A stretch of 64,000 nt of DNA from Candidatus Altimarinota bacterium (GCA_018608565.1 JABAZT010000023.1:901-64900), one strand, 5' to 3'; numbered from the stretch's first letter, positions 19,601-28,414 are shown. Program-made: numbers and translations. Notes: generated by a model from the sequence alone, not told the origin.

Positions 19601-20654
19601 CAAACGCGTTATCCGAAACCACTCCAATACTACTAAAGACTGGAGCGGTTACGTCTATATTTAGGTCATTCCCACTCACGGAAACAGTCTCGTTCCCGGC
19701 TTTGTCCACTACTTTTACACAAACAAAATTTCCATTATTGCCTTCAGTATTAAACGTAATCGGAACTCCAGACATAAACGAATTCCCAAACGTGGCGCCT
19801 GTTACACAGGCCGCCGCACTTGCTACGAATCCATATTCAGCACTATCTACATTTGTTTCTGTCACGGTAATCGTCACATCATCTGACGTAGTAGGGCCAG
19901 CATCTACATCATCGGTAAATACAACTCCTGGAGCCGTAGTATCGACTATAATCGAGTCAGATAGAGTAGTAGAAAATCCAGTCATCATATTTCCGACTTG
20001 ATCGGTAACTGTATCAGAAGTGAGAGCAACGGTTCCATTTTCTGCGCCAACGGTAAAGGTTCGATTTCGTGTCGTTACAGGAGTAGTTGAACTCGTAAAA
20101 TTTCCACTAGAAGTTCCAGTGCCTCCAATAGAGAAATTAATATGACTTCCAGATCCTATCGTATCAGTAGGATTTATATTCAATGTGAAATAAATTTTTT
20201 CGCCACTCGCAAGATAAAAATTTCCATCTCCATGTACCGATTTAGCTCCACCACCACTTGTTTGTGCTTGGACCGTCAAACTATCAAATGCAGGGGGCGT
20301 TACATCTATATTGAGATCATTTCCACTCAATAGATAGGTAAACCCATCAGAAGGTTCACTTACACGAACACAGAGATAATCTCCGTTATTCGCTTCACTT
20401 GAGATACTAAAAGAAACGCCTGAAACAAAGAGAGTTCCAAAAGAATCCGAAACATCACAAATTGCATCCGCACTAAAACCATACTCAGTAGCAGTAATAT
20501 CCCCATCAATATCCGTTGCAGATATTTCAATCGTATCACTAGAGACTGGTCCGGCATCTACATCTTGTGTAAATGAAACGACGGGACTTGCCGCATGTGT
20601 CTGAGTAAAGAATAGAAAACTAAGAGATAATAGTGCCAGAAATACTTTTTGCAT
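16638..20654 (-). CDS. Giant secreted surface protein (1338 aa) with repeated Ig-like modules and a carboxypeptidase-regulatory-like domain
   Basis: Signal peptide 'MQKVFLALLSLSFLFFTQTHA'. Recurrent module boundaries 'D(V/T)T(A/P)P' appear at least 6 times. 'GTIFDEIGKPLKGATVQGIP...TTTDENGNYEL' resembles the CarboxypepD_reg fold. The protein is Thr/Ser/Asp-rich. Confidence 0.8.
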   Translation of the reverse strand: MQKVFLALLSLSFLFFTQTHAASPVVSFTQDVDAGPVSSDTIEISATDIDGDITATEYGFSADAICDVSDSFGTLFVSGVSFSISSEANNGDYLCVRVSEPSDGFTYLLSGNDLNIDVTPPAFDSLTVQAQTSGGGAKSVHGDGNFYLASGEKIYFTLNINPTDTIGSGSHINFSIGGTGTSSGNFTSSTTPVTTRNRTFTVGAENGTVALTSDTVTDQVGNMMTGFSTTLSDSIIVDTTAPGVVFTDDVDAGPTTSDDVTITVTETNVDSAEYGFVASAAACVTGATFGNSFMSGVPITFNTEGNNGNFVCVKVVDKAGNETVSVSGNDLNIDVTAPVFSSIGVVSDNAFDSSYGNATSTLTFTLTLSAADSFNGPGAGTGQITFDIGTTTGITADLTQAQSTTKKTTYTTTYALAGEDGAINITAIDFEDFQAQAMTGFVAGAPTPTVTIDTTAPTIDSASRASANANPAWAKSGDTVTYTLGFDEDVRLDTLGSATTGTNITTLTQEVDLPSFTTSDSLIFTVANGDNGAISVGSANFTIVDRAGNTTTVVQGDINALIAGVIQSDTTAPTITGSSIISNNVLDTTLAKTNDTITVDFITADNLSPTVTLRGNSHILNMSVTGSTIGAVGASSIERFTDGTETSEVVVPFRIGIQDEAGNNATNKTAVDDASQVQFDRTDPIVSDVEIEATSQDFTAFLGDLPTYYARMGDTINFEFELCDYVDSLANPPTGTFFGQAITMVDEGLTGSTCTTPEGNTANLREWSYEMLNADGVEGTVTFSIDIKDEAGNVFMSVTGTTDGSKVIFDKTNPTLPTEILDGKGAEHFQFKHRRNAFYDWSGESDPNTSAADRVSGIRNYDVQWDHPTFGTLENNTVNGPIYTPSLPIPSDDPYTFRVLDVRDKAGNLSGPEFIYTQLYTVGIYGTIFDEIGKPLKGATVQGIPTYNDTCLVGSFVCSTTTDENGNYELILRKQRDYIVSWYNFNHYLEKENVHVELDDVLRNKSLALITNPHQLQTGNEPIVISTDVMFQTTDGDDEASLIFVEADTGEVTVTPHADGFTVTSFGRIRSIRSNNPDVIFNFEGNNTYLVKGSGNLGFSHSAENSETQGGTPRAVTFGRTQNFASGSSRVGVEQGPANGKTNLRFPGMTREQFRILNRNGMTYTESMRHAQTMNKGVAGKVLFYENENGFEVFRGYMPGRLPLQKVGKRYVNTIKYRGGTIRNIVKINTPIEDITEPSAQTAFESRYWMIKNRYQNIPETETKQAKIIEIATKDTAEKQHATVMNARYQRIAGNKSYMYRPSQTSKRAPSRIVRNSADSVSVVIGGKKVAVGKMLLR
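19635..19925 (-). repeat. Internal duplicated ~97-aa module, copy 2 (aa 244-340 of the surface protein)
   Basis: 'VVFTDDVDAGPTTSDDVTITVTE...EYGFVASAAACV...GNDLNIDVTAPVF'. The module ends are also similar at the nucleotide level (gttacatctatattgagatcatttccactca vs gttacgtctatatttaggtcattcccactca). Confidence 0.8.
20286..20582 (-). repeat. Internal duplicated ~99-aa module, copy 1 (aa 25-123 of the surface protein)
   Basis: 'VVSFTQDVDAGPVSSDTIEISATD...EYGFSADAICD...GNDLNIDVTPPAF' aligns with copy 2 along its whole length. Confidence 0.8.
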
Positions 20655-20769
20655 ATGTGTTATTTAGTAAAAATTACAATTGTCAATAATGTAATTATCA
20701 TAATTTACCATAAAGTCAAAGATAAATCAATATTATTTAATAAGAAATTAAGATGTAAAATTTCTGTGT

Positions 20770-21678
20770 TTGCGAGAAATCAAAAAATATTCTATAAATG
20801 AGGGTATGGAACTTCTCTATGACGCACTCGATCTATTAATTGAAAAATTGAAAACTTGGCTCAATGAGCTGATTTTGATTCTGCCCAATCTGTTGATTGC
20901 CATAATTGTGTTTCTGATCATTGTTCAGATTTCCAAGGCGGTAAAACATTTTGTAGAAAAAGGAATTCATAAAGTAAGCCGAAATAAAGTCATATCAGGA
21001 CTTCTATCAGGAATGATTCAGTTTATAGTAATTATGATTGGAGGATTTTTTGCACTTGAGATATTACAACTCTCAAAAGTAGTAACATCGCTCCTTGCCG
21101 GAGCTGGGATTTTGGGATTAGCCCTTGGGATTGCTTTTCAGGATTTTATTGGAAATATTATTTCAGGAATTTATCTGGCCATTAAAAAGCCATTACATGT
21201 TGGAGATTTTGTAGAAACCAATGATCATTATGGAAAAGTAACCCATATGGATCTACGAAATACAGTAATAGAAACAACGAGCGGGCAAGTTGTATTTATA
21301 CCAAATAAGGTGGTGTTCGATACACCTTTAGTTAATTTTTCAAAGAAAAAAGTAAGACGAGTTAATCTATCGATAGGGGTTTCCTATAGTGATGATCTAG
21401 AAAAAGCACAATCAGTAGCTCTTGAGGCGGTCAAATCTCTAGATGTATGTCTGAAGGACAAAGAAACAACTCTCGTCTATGATGAATTTGGAGATTCTTC
21501 TATCAATTTTACGATTCGGTTTTGGGTGAAGTTTAATCGTCAGTTCGATTATCGATCCGCTAGAAGTGAGGCCGTCATGGCAATCAAAAAAGCATTCGAC
21601 ACAGAAGGAATAACAATTCCATTTCCTATACGAACATTGGATATGGATCCCAAATTAATAAAGAGTCTAAAGAAGTAA
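20770..21678 (+). CDS. Small-conductance mechanosensitive channel (MscS family)
   Basis: 'GLALGIAFQDFIGNIISGIYLAIKKPLHVGDFVE' followed by the beta-domain 'GKVTHMDLRNTVIETTSGQVVFIPN'. The track start is TTG 20770. ATG 20806 is an alternative start. Confidence 0.85.
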   Translation: MREIKKYSINEGMELLYDALDLLIEKLKTWLNELILILPNLLIAIIVFLIIVQISKAVKHFVEKGIHKVSRNKVISGLLSGMIQFIVIMIGGFFALEILQLSKVVTSLLAGAGILGLALGIAFQDFIGNIISGIYLAIKKPLHVGDFVETNDHYGKVTHMDLRNTVIETTSGQVVFIPNKVVFDTPLVNFSKKKVRRVNLSIGVSYSDDLEKAQSVALEAVKSLDVCLKDKETTLVYDEFGDSSINFTIRFWVKFNRQFDYRSARSEAVMAIKKAFDTEGITIPFPIRTLDMDPKLIKSLKK

Positions 21679-21681
21679 TTT

Positions 21682-22686
21682 TTAGTCACGGTATTTTGGA
21701 ACGGGTACGACTGGTGCATTCAAAAGATTAGTTCGATCCAAATATAAAAATCTATTTCGGAGTGTTTGCCTCCAAGCTGATTTATGTTCAAATTCCATTG
21801 ATTCAAATTCAGTACCACTCACATATTCTATCGCGCCCATATCATCTAGAAGATCTTTCTGAGTTTCTATTTCCTCTATCAATACATCAGAAATTCGTGA
21901 GAAACTGACCGGTCTAAGTAATGGTGTTTTTCTGTTGTTTCTATGTTTTTGCAAGAATACTTCAAGAAGACTAAGCGACTGGAGTGTTCGAAACTGTTCT
22001 TCGATAAGATAGTCTTGATAAAAGAATTTTTCATCAGGTTGGAGTATTCGATCAAGAGGTACAATATTATGTACAAACTCAGTTTCAAAGGGATGAATTA
22101 CGCCATGTTTTTCTTCAAAAATAGAACGTGTTGTTCTGGGTTTGTTAGTTGTGTTTTCTATAAAAAATTCAGTTCTTCCTGCGACAAAGGCAACATGTGT
22201 CTGCGGTACAAACTGAGGAAATTCTAGAAGTGTTTCTTTAAAATTAGAATATTTATACAGACCTCCCAGTAGTCCTATAGGATAGGCTTCTTGGTCAAGT
22301 GCAGCATAGAGAGATTCAAAATGATCGATACGATCTTCATAGTGATTAAGTCGGAAACTATTATCTCGTTGAAACTCAGATTCGTTTAGTTCCCAGATGG
22401 TCTCAAGATATGCCTTATTTTCTTTTTTAATCTGTATAGTCCAAGCGTTTCCAAACGTAGGGGTTCCAAAACGTCCTGCCATCATCCGATTAAAAAACAT
22501 AGCACAGTGACTTTCGTCTTCACTTATAGCGGAAGCGGCCTTATCCATATAAGACTGGTAGGTTGGATCAGAGAGTGGAACCTGGATTGGGATTTTAGAG
22601 AGAATAGTTTCGGGAGGAGAAACCTCCATTGCAAATGTTTCAGAGAGAGAGAATGGAATCAGGAGCGCCAACAAAAGAAAATGCAT
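21682..22686 (-). CDS. Secreted hypothetical protein
   Basis: Signal-like 'MHFLLLALLIPFSLSETFA'. 334 aa, no family recognised. Confidence 0.6.
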   Translation of the reverse strand: MHFLLLALLIPFSLSETFAMEVSPPETILSKIPIQVPLSDPTYQSYMDKAASAISEDESHCAMFFNRMMAGRFGTPTFGNAWTIQIKKENKAYLETIWELNESEFQRDNSFRLNHYEDRIDHFESLYAALDQEAYPIGLLGGLYKYSNFKETLLEFPQFVPQTHVAFVAGRTEFFIENTTNKPRTTRSIFEEKHGVIHPFETEFVHNIVPLDRILQPDEKFFYQDYLIEEQFRTLQSLSLLEVFLQKHRNNRKTPLLRPVSFSRISDVLIEEIETQKDLLDDMGAIEYVSGTEFESMEFEHKSAWRQTLRNRFLYLDRTNLLNAPVVPVPKYRD

Positions 22687-22744
22687 ACAGATTTATAATT
22701 TATAAATCATTGTATCATAGTATTTGACAAAAATAAATATTAAA

Positions 22745-25123
22745 TTAAATAAACTTCTTGAGATTGCTTAATTGCTTCTGACTCAGAACCCCTAAGAGTT
22801 CCTTATCACTTGCACTTCGGATTCCTGATACGGATTCAAATTTCATCATCAGTTCTTTCTTAGTCTTTGGTCCAATGCCGGGAATTTCATCCAGTATAGA
22901 TCGAGTAGCATCTTTGGATCGTTTGGCACGATTGGCCCCAATAGCAAATCTATGAGACTCATCTCGTATTCGTTGGAGTAGTTTGAGCGCACTAGATTCG
23001 TAGGGAAGCTCTATGGGTTCATCATTTTTTCCAGGACGAAAGATTTGTTCCTCCCGTTTTGCCAGCGCAATGATCTGTGTCTGTGGGTCAAATCCTTCAG
23101 GAATTTGAACAATACCTTCCTCAAAAATCTTCATAACTGTACTCAGTTGGCCTTTCCCACCATCAAGAAGAATTAGGTCAGGGGTTTCCCACTTTGCTTT
23201 TTTCTGGACAAGTTTTTTTCCTAATGGGACATCAGTTTCAGAGCTTCCGTCTCCGTTCCATAGACCTTCTTCATACCCTATTTGTTGATAAAAATCAGAG
23301 GCTTCTTTAGTAGAATTTATAAGTATTTTATTTCGTTCTTCTTGAATGCAGTAATCTTCTACTAGTTCAATTGCCCGAGCCCCAAATCCTTGCTTTTGTT
23401 TATCTTTTCGTATGGCAAATACCCTAATTATCATTGTTTTTTTTCCTTTGCGATCAAGACGGATTGAGCCAATTACTTTATCTTCATGGATGAAGACTAT
23501 TTGTGTATTTTTTTTCTTAGTTTCATCGGGGAAATTTGGATCGTACTTTATATGAGGTAAGTACCGATCAAAGACTTCTGTCTTTCGGATTTCATGATAC
23601 GCTTCGAGTTCTTCCTCCGTCTCAACGGGTTTCATGATTAATCCCTCTAAATCTTCCTTTTCCCCCAGGGGATTCTCTCTTGTGCTAGTCGCACAATTTA
23701 CCTTAAGCAAGGAAGACTTTTCTCCCTCCTTGTTAACGGAGGGGGGAGGGGAGGATTCCATTCGTCCAAATCTTCGTTCCAGTACTTCCTTCATCGAAGC
23801 ATAATCATCAATCTTTCCTGGGGGAAGTGATTTGATATTGTATTTTCGATATTCACTATTCTTCGGTTGCCCATCTATGAAAACTACCTGAGATGCCACG
23901 GGAAACTGTCCGGATAGATGAGAAACATCAAATCCCTCAATTCTTCTGGGAGGAATCTCAAATCCAAGTGCTTGAGCTAGTTCTGGGAGAGCCTTCGCAA
24001 AATTTTCCTCCTGACTCATTTTTTCAATTTTCTGTTTTTCACAAAAATTTTTCGCATTGATATGTGCAATATCAAGCGCTTTTTTCTTATCTCCAATCTG
24101 AGGAGTTATGATCGATACGGTTGTTTGGCGCCCAGTCAGTTGACCCTCAAAAAGATCCAATAAGTAGGATTGAATATCTTCCGTGTTCTCAAGTTCACAG
24201 GGGATATAGATTTCTCGTGGAAGTTCATCAACTTTTTCATAAAATTGTAGTAAAAATCCTTCCATGACTTCTGCGTCAGATTCAAATTCTTCAGCCGAAA
24301 AGACAACCTCATTTTGGTCACGGAGTTTTCCTCCACGGAAGGTGAGCCGAACAAAATAGGCTTTATTATTGTGTCTCACAAAACTAATAAAATCTCGATC
24401 CAGACAGTCGGTAAACTCTACATTTTGTTTAATAGTACTTTTGTCGATAGAGAGTACGAGATCACGTATTTTCGCAGCAGCCTCAAAATTTTTATCTGCA
24501 GCAAATTGCATCATTTTTACTTGCAATTCCTTTACAACTTCACTGGTTTGACCTTTTAAAAAGCGTTTCATTCGGTCAATGTTTGATCGGTATTCTTCTG
24601 GGCTTATGGTTTCAGCTGAAACAATATTGAGATAGTAGTCTTGTCCTGGTTTTACCATTCGAGCGCCAAAATGTTTCTGACAAAACCGAACAGTTTCCCG
24701 AAACTCCTTACTCGAAGTTTTGGGACCAATATAGGTCGCTCCATCTCGTTTGAGTTTCCGTACAATTTCAAGCTTTGGTTCCTCAGCCTTGGTAATTCGG
24801 AGATAAATAAAGTTCTTATCATCCCTCAGGAGTACATTGTATCTCGGCATATGTTCTTTTATGAGATTATTTTCGAGGATAAGTGCCTCAATCTCAGAAG
24901 AAACAATTCGAGTCTCTATTCGTCGTATTTTTTTCACCATCACTTTTATTCGTGTGGATTCATGTTCTTTTTGAAAGTAGTTTGAAACCCGCTTTCGTAA
25001 GTTCTTTGCTTTCCCTACATAAAGAAGATCATTATCTTCTCCATAGTACATATAACATCCGCTATCGGTGGGGATATCTTTTGGTTTAAATTTAAATTCA
25101 GGTGTTTCTTTTTTTTCAGACAT
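22745..25123 (-). CDS. uvrC: Excinuclease ABC subunit C (UvrC) carrying an internal GNAT acetyltransferase-like insertion
   Basis: GIY-YIG 'CYMYYGEDNDLLYVGKAKNLRKRVSNYF', UVR-like 'FEAAAKIRD', 'RIEGFDVSHLSG', 'LILLDGGKGQL' and C-terminal HhH 'IPGIGPKTKKEL'. The protein is 792 aa, whereas the UvrC proteins I know are about 600 aa. The extra ~191 aa (nt 23186-23758) contain GNAT motif A 'VFAIRKDKQKQGFGARAIELVEDYC'. Confidence 0.9.
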   Translation of the reverse strand: MSEKKETPEFKFKPKDIPTDSGCYMYYGEDNDLLYVGKAKNLRKRVSNYFQKEHESTRIKVMVKKIRRIETRIVSSEIEALILENNLIKEHMPRYNVLLRDDKNFIYLRITKAEEPKLEIVRKLKRDGATYIGPKTSSKEFRETVRFCQKHFGARMVKPGQDYYLNIVSAETISPEEYRSNIDRMKRFLKGQTSEVVKELQVKMMQFAADKNFEAAAKIRDLVLSIDKSTIKQNVEFTDCLDRDFISFVRHNNKAYFVRLTFRGGKLRDQNEVVFSAEEFESDAEVMEGFLLQFYEKVDELPREIYIPCELENTEDIQSYLLDLFEGQLTGRQTTVSIITPQIGDKKKALDIAHINAKNFCEKQKIEKMSQEENFAKALPELAQALGFEIPPRRIEGFDVSHLSGQFPVASQVVFIDGQPKNSEYRKYNIKSLPPGKIDDYASMKEVLERRFGRMESSPPPSVNKEGEKSSLLKVNCATSTRENPLGEKEDLEGLIMKPVETEEELEAYHEIRKTEVFDRYLPHIKYDPNFPDETKKKNTQIVFIHEDKVIGSIRLDRKGKKTMIIRVFAIRKDKQKQGFGARAIELVEDYCIQEERNKILINSTKEASDFYQQIGYEEGLWNGDGSSETDVPLGKKLVQKKAKWETPDLILLDGGKGQLSTVMKIFEEGIVQIPEGFDPQTQIIALAKREEQIFRPGKNDEPIELPYESSALKLLQRIRDESHRFAIGANRAKRSKDATRSILDEIPGIGPKTKKELMMKFESVSGIRSASDKELLGVLSQKQLSNLKKFI

Positions 25124-25234
25124 TTATTTTCATGTGATTCCAGATTTTTTCACAATCTTTACGTCTAGAGTATAAAGAATTGTCTTGTATTTCAAAATAT
25201 CAGATGAAGATGTGACTTCTTGGAGCTTTTCTGC

Positions 25235-25247
25235 TATAATTAAGCGA
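25235..25247 (+). promoter_or_regulatory. Candidate -10 box (TATAAT) placed so that the downstream gene would be leaderless or nearly so
   Basis: TATAAT at 25235-25240. The ATG at 25247 is 7 nt after the last base of the -10 box, and there is no Shine-Dalgarno between them. Confidence 0.3.
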
Positions 25248-25558
25248 TGAGTAAAAAATATGAGAGCGAGGAATACAGGCTACGTGAGACAACCAAAAAA
25301 CTAGAAGCCCTCCTTCGGGGGCTCAAGAAATCAGGATTGGAAGATTTTATGACCTACATGTCCTCCCCTTGGAAAATTATTGGAGTCAATTTTTTGGCAG
25401 GGATTGCGAGAGGATTTGGTTTTTTGATTGGGATGACAGCCGTAATGGCAGTCTTGATCTGGGCGACGAGTTTGTTTGTAGATTTTCCGTTGATTGGGAT
25501 TTACTTTGCCAATCTTCAGAACGCACTAGAGACTATAGCAGAAGTGGTACGTCAATGA
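25247..25558 (+). CDS. Small membrane protein (DUF5665-like by appearance)
   Basis: 103 aa. 'WKIIGVNFLAGIARGFGFLIGMTAVMAVLIW' is a glycine-rich TM hairpin reminiscent of DUF5665. The family call is tentative. Confidence 0.5.
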   Translation: MSKKYESEEYRLRETTKKLEALLRGLKKSGLEDFMTYMSSPWKIIGVNFLAGIARGFGFLIGMTAVMAVLIWATSLFVDFPLIGIYFANLQNALETIAEVVRQ

Positions 25559-25639
25559 TTTTGATAGAAAAACAAAAATTTATATTTCAAATTTTCAAAG
25601 TTGGTATATGGTTTGATCGTGCTGTTGATCAATTTTTAA

Positions 25640-25909
25640 ATGAATGAATTCATTCCCTATATCGCGACATTTTCCTATTTTGTATTCAAAATTGCCTACT
25701 GGCTTATTCTTGTATGGGTAGTAGCTTCTTGGCTTATCATGTTTCAGGTGATGTCTCCTGGAAGCCCGATATTTCAGAACATCCAGCAAGCAGTTCAACC
25801 AATCATAAAACCTTTTCGTTGGGCACGAATTGGGATGTTGGATCTTTCTCCTATTGTCGCAATTTTAGTGCTCGATTTTCTAATGAATGTGGTGCATCAG
25901 TATATTTAG
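25640..25909 (+). CDS. yggT: YggT family membrane protein
   Basis: 'LILVWVVASWL...PIIKPFRWARIGMLDLSPIVAILVLDF' matches the YggT/Ycf19 pattern (two TM helices, '..P.R......DLSP.va'). Confidence 0.75.
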   Translation: MNEFIPYIATFSYFVFKIAYWLILVWVVASWLIMFQVMSPGSPIFQNIQQAVQPIIKPFRWARIGMLDLSPIVAILVLDFLMNVVHQYI

Positions 25910-26152
25910 AAGGAAAGCGTAAAAAAGAAGAGGACAAAACATAGATGGTTTAAGTCTTATGACTGATTACCTTTTTTTCTCATTATTTAAAATATTAATT
26001 TATCTTGGGTGTCCCAATTTTTAGTCAAAAATAACTAAAATTTTACTTCTCTGTTAATAGATAATTAAATCCGCTTTATGTTTAAATTATCTTCCTGTGA
26101 GTTATTAAAAAATACAAATTGACAATTTTAACAAATTAGTTAGGTTTATTTT

Positions 26153-28414
26153 ATGTCAAAGAAGCGAAAAATTAGTGAATCATTTACCTATTTCTGCAGT
26201 ACATTGATTTTAATAATCGCACTCGTAGGGGCGTATATGACGGCGGAGTTGTGGGATGATTTTCAGCTTGGGAGAAATTTTGACCAAGGAGATTTATCAT
26301 ATCCAGTCATTCTGACGGATCGTAATGGAAAAGAAATTCATAGGATTTTTGGTCAGGAAAATAGAGAGTGGGTCGACCTAGGAGACATTAGTACCGATCT
26401 TCAAAAAATGACACTTCTAGCAGAAGATCAGCGTTTTTACCAACATCTTGGGATTGATATAAAAGGGATTATGAGAGCGATGCGAACAAATTTTCAGACG
26501 AAGAGTTATAGTCAGGGTGCCTCTACCCTTACTCAACAAATAGCTCGAAAAGTCTATCTCACAGACGATAAATCTCTCTATCGAAAGGTGCGGGAAGTAG
26601 CCATTTCACTAGGAATAGAGAGCCACCTAACAAAGGATGAAATTTTAGAAATTTATCTCAATACGGTTCCATATGGACCAAGGATTAATGGAGTGAAACT
26701 TGCATCACAGACCTATTTTGGGAAACACCCAAAAGCACTTTCTTTTTCAGAGGCACTAGTTCTCTCTACCATGCCAAAAGATCCAATCCGATTGAGCCGA
26801 AAATCAAATATAGATCAGTGGCTTGGAACCTGTGGAGAAGAGGATGTTTGTTCTCCTTTTGAGAGTGTAGAATATCAATCTAGTCGGATCGAAAATCTAC
26901 TAATCCAACACGCAGAAACAGAGGGCTGGAACGATGTTCAAACCCAAAGAATTTGGGCTGAACTTTCAAATATTAAATTGGACGATTTTCGAAGGAGATG
27001 GACGAATGATGACTACCAACACTGGCAGTTTTATGTACGAGATTTCCTACAATCAGAAGGAATTAATTTTTCAAATTATGAAAAGGGATTAGTTATCAAG
27101 ACATCACTTGATTCGGAGCTACAGAATAAAATATATGATTTTATCCGTGGGGGAAAAAGTGCAGAACTCTATGAAAAACATAATGCAGAGAATCTATCTT
27201 TAACAATTATTGATCATCAGACGCGATCACCCTTAGTATGGATCGGGTCAAAATATTTTTGGAATAGTGATATCTCAGGACAGATAGATATGTTGCGATC
27301 TCGAAGGCAACCTGGATCTACCATGAAGCCTATGATTTATGCTGCGGCAATTGATAATGGATATGAGCCTGCAACATTGCTCTCAGATACTCCTATAAGC
27401 TTCAAAGGAAGTAAGTACAGAGTAAATAACTCTGATGGTCGATTTTGGGGAAGGATGACTATGTCAAAAGCTCTAAACTGGTCACGAAATATTCCCGCCG
27501 TGAAAGCATTCTATCTTGCGGGGGGAGAGAAAAGAACTCGAAAGTATCTTGATCATATTTTTGGACTCAAGACAAACCAAGACTATAAAGATCATCGTTT
27601 TGGTTGGTCTCTCGCTCTCGGAACGGCAGGTCTAGAGGTGAAGGACATAGCCAACGCCTATGCAACAATAGCTACAGGAAGGTATACAAAACTGTGTCCA
27701 ATCCTTTCTATGACCGATAGTTTAGGAAATTTACTACCAAATCCATGCGCAAAACATATTGCCCGAGGCATGAATCCTAAGACTAGTTTTTTTGTCCGAG
27801 ATATGATGAGTGATCCAGATAAAAAAGCACAGGCAATCAGCCAATGGCTTATTCCCAAAAAATATCCAGGTCTGGGGGTAAAAACAGGGACTGCCTCTAA
27901 AAGAGTGAACAATGAACTTCGTCCAAGTGATAATCTTGTGGCAGGATTTACCCCGCATGCAACGATGGTCTTATGGGCAGGAAATACCAATGGTCGGGCT
28001 CTCAATGCAGGAAGTTTTTCCCTGTACTCAATTGGGCCACTCTGGCGAGATATTATGTCTCAGTTTTTGGACGCGTATCCAGATAAATATGCTCGATTTA
28101 CAGTGCCAGAAAACCTAAAACAGGAGTTGGTTCGATATCGAGGAGAGTGGGTTTCAAAAGAATATACAGATAAACCGTATACAGAGTTGTATACTTCTCA
28201 GCTCAGGGATTCAGGGGATTGGCTCAATAGTAGTCAGCCACCACAAGTAGCCGAAGTACAATCAGATGTTGCTCCTGAGTATGCAGAGGAAGACTCAGTG
28301 CCAGTCCCGTCTGTGGAAGCTATTGTGGGGATTTCACCTCAACCAAAAGAATCCCTCATCGATATATCTAAGGTAAAGGAGCGGATCATGGGGCGACGGT
28401 CTCAACGATGGTAA
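26153..28414 (+). CDS. Class A penicillin-binding protein (PBP1A family; glycosyltransferase GT51 plus transpeptidase)
   Basis: GT51 motifs 'EDQRFYQHLGID' and 'GASTLTQQIARK'. Transpeptidase motifs 'GSTMKP' (SxxK), 'WSRNIP' (SxN) and 'KTGT'. N-terminal membrane anchor. Confidence 0.9.
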   Translation: MSKKRKISESFTYFCSTLILIIALVGAYMTAELWDDFQLGRNFDQGDLSYPVILTDRNGKEIHRIFGQENREWVDLGDISTDLQKMTLLAEDQRFYQHLGIDIKGIMRAMRTNFQTKSYSQGASTLTQQIARKVYLTDDKSLYRKVREVAISLGIESHLTKDEILEIYLNTVPYGPRINGVKLASQTYFGKHPKALSFSEALVLSTMPKDPIRLSRKSNIDQWLGTCGEEDVCSPFESVEYQSSRIENLLIQHAETEGWNDVQTQRIWAELSNIKLDDFRRRWTNDDYQHWQFYVRDFLQSEGINFSNYEKGLVIKTSLDSELQNKIYDFIRGGKSAELYEKHNAENLSLTIIDHQTRSPLVWIGSKYFWNSDISGQIDMLRSRRQPGSTMKPMIYAAAIDNGYEPATLLSDTPISFKGSKYRVNNSDGRFWGRMTMSKALNWSRNIPAVKAFYLAGGEKRTRKYLDHIFGLKTNQDYKDHRFGWSLALGTAGLEVKDIANAYATIATGRYTKLCPILSMTDSLGNLLPNPCAKHIARGMNPKTSFFVRDMMSDPDKKAQAISQWLIPKKYPGLGVKTGTASKRVNNELRPSDNLVAGFTPHATMVLWAGNTNGRALNAGSFSLYSIGPLWRDIMSQFLDAYPDKYARFTVPENLKQELVRYRGEWVSKEYTDKPYTELYTSQLRDSGDWLNSSQPPQVAEVQSDVAPEYAEEDSVPVPSVEAIVGISPQPKESLIDISKVKERIMGRRSQRW

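Noticed and set aside
20676-20702. 7-bp inverted repeat AATTACA-N11-TGTAATT in the divergent promoter region between the surface-protein gene and the MscS gene
   Set aside because: The region is extremely AT-rich, so short A/T inverted repeats of this size are expected by chance. No second copy or supporting context was seen.
23186-23758. uvrC insertion interpreted as an intein or mobile intervening sequence
   Set aside because: It has no Cys/Ser/Thr at the N-terminal junction, no His-Asn plus nucleophile at the C-terminal junction, and no homing endonuclease motifs. The segment carries GNAT motifs instead.
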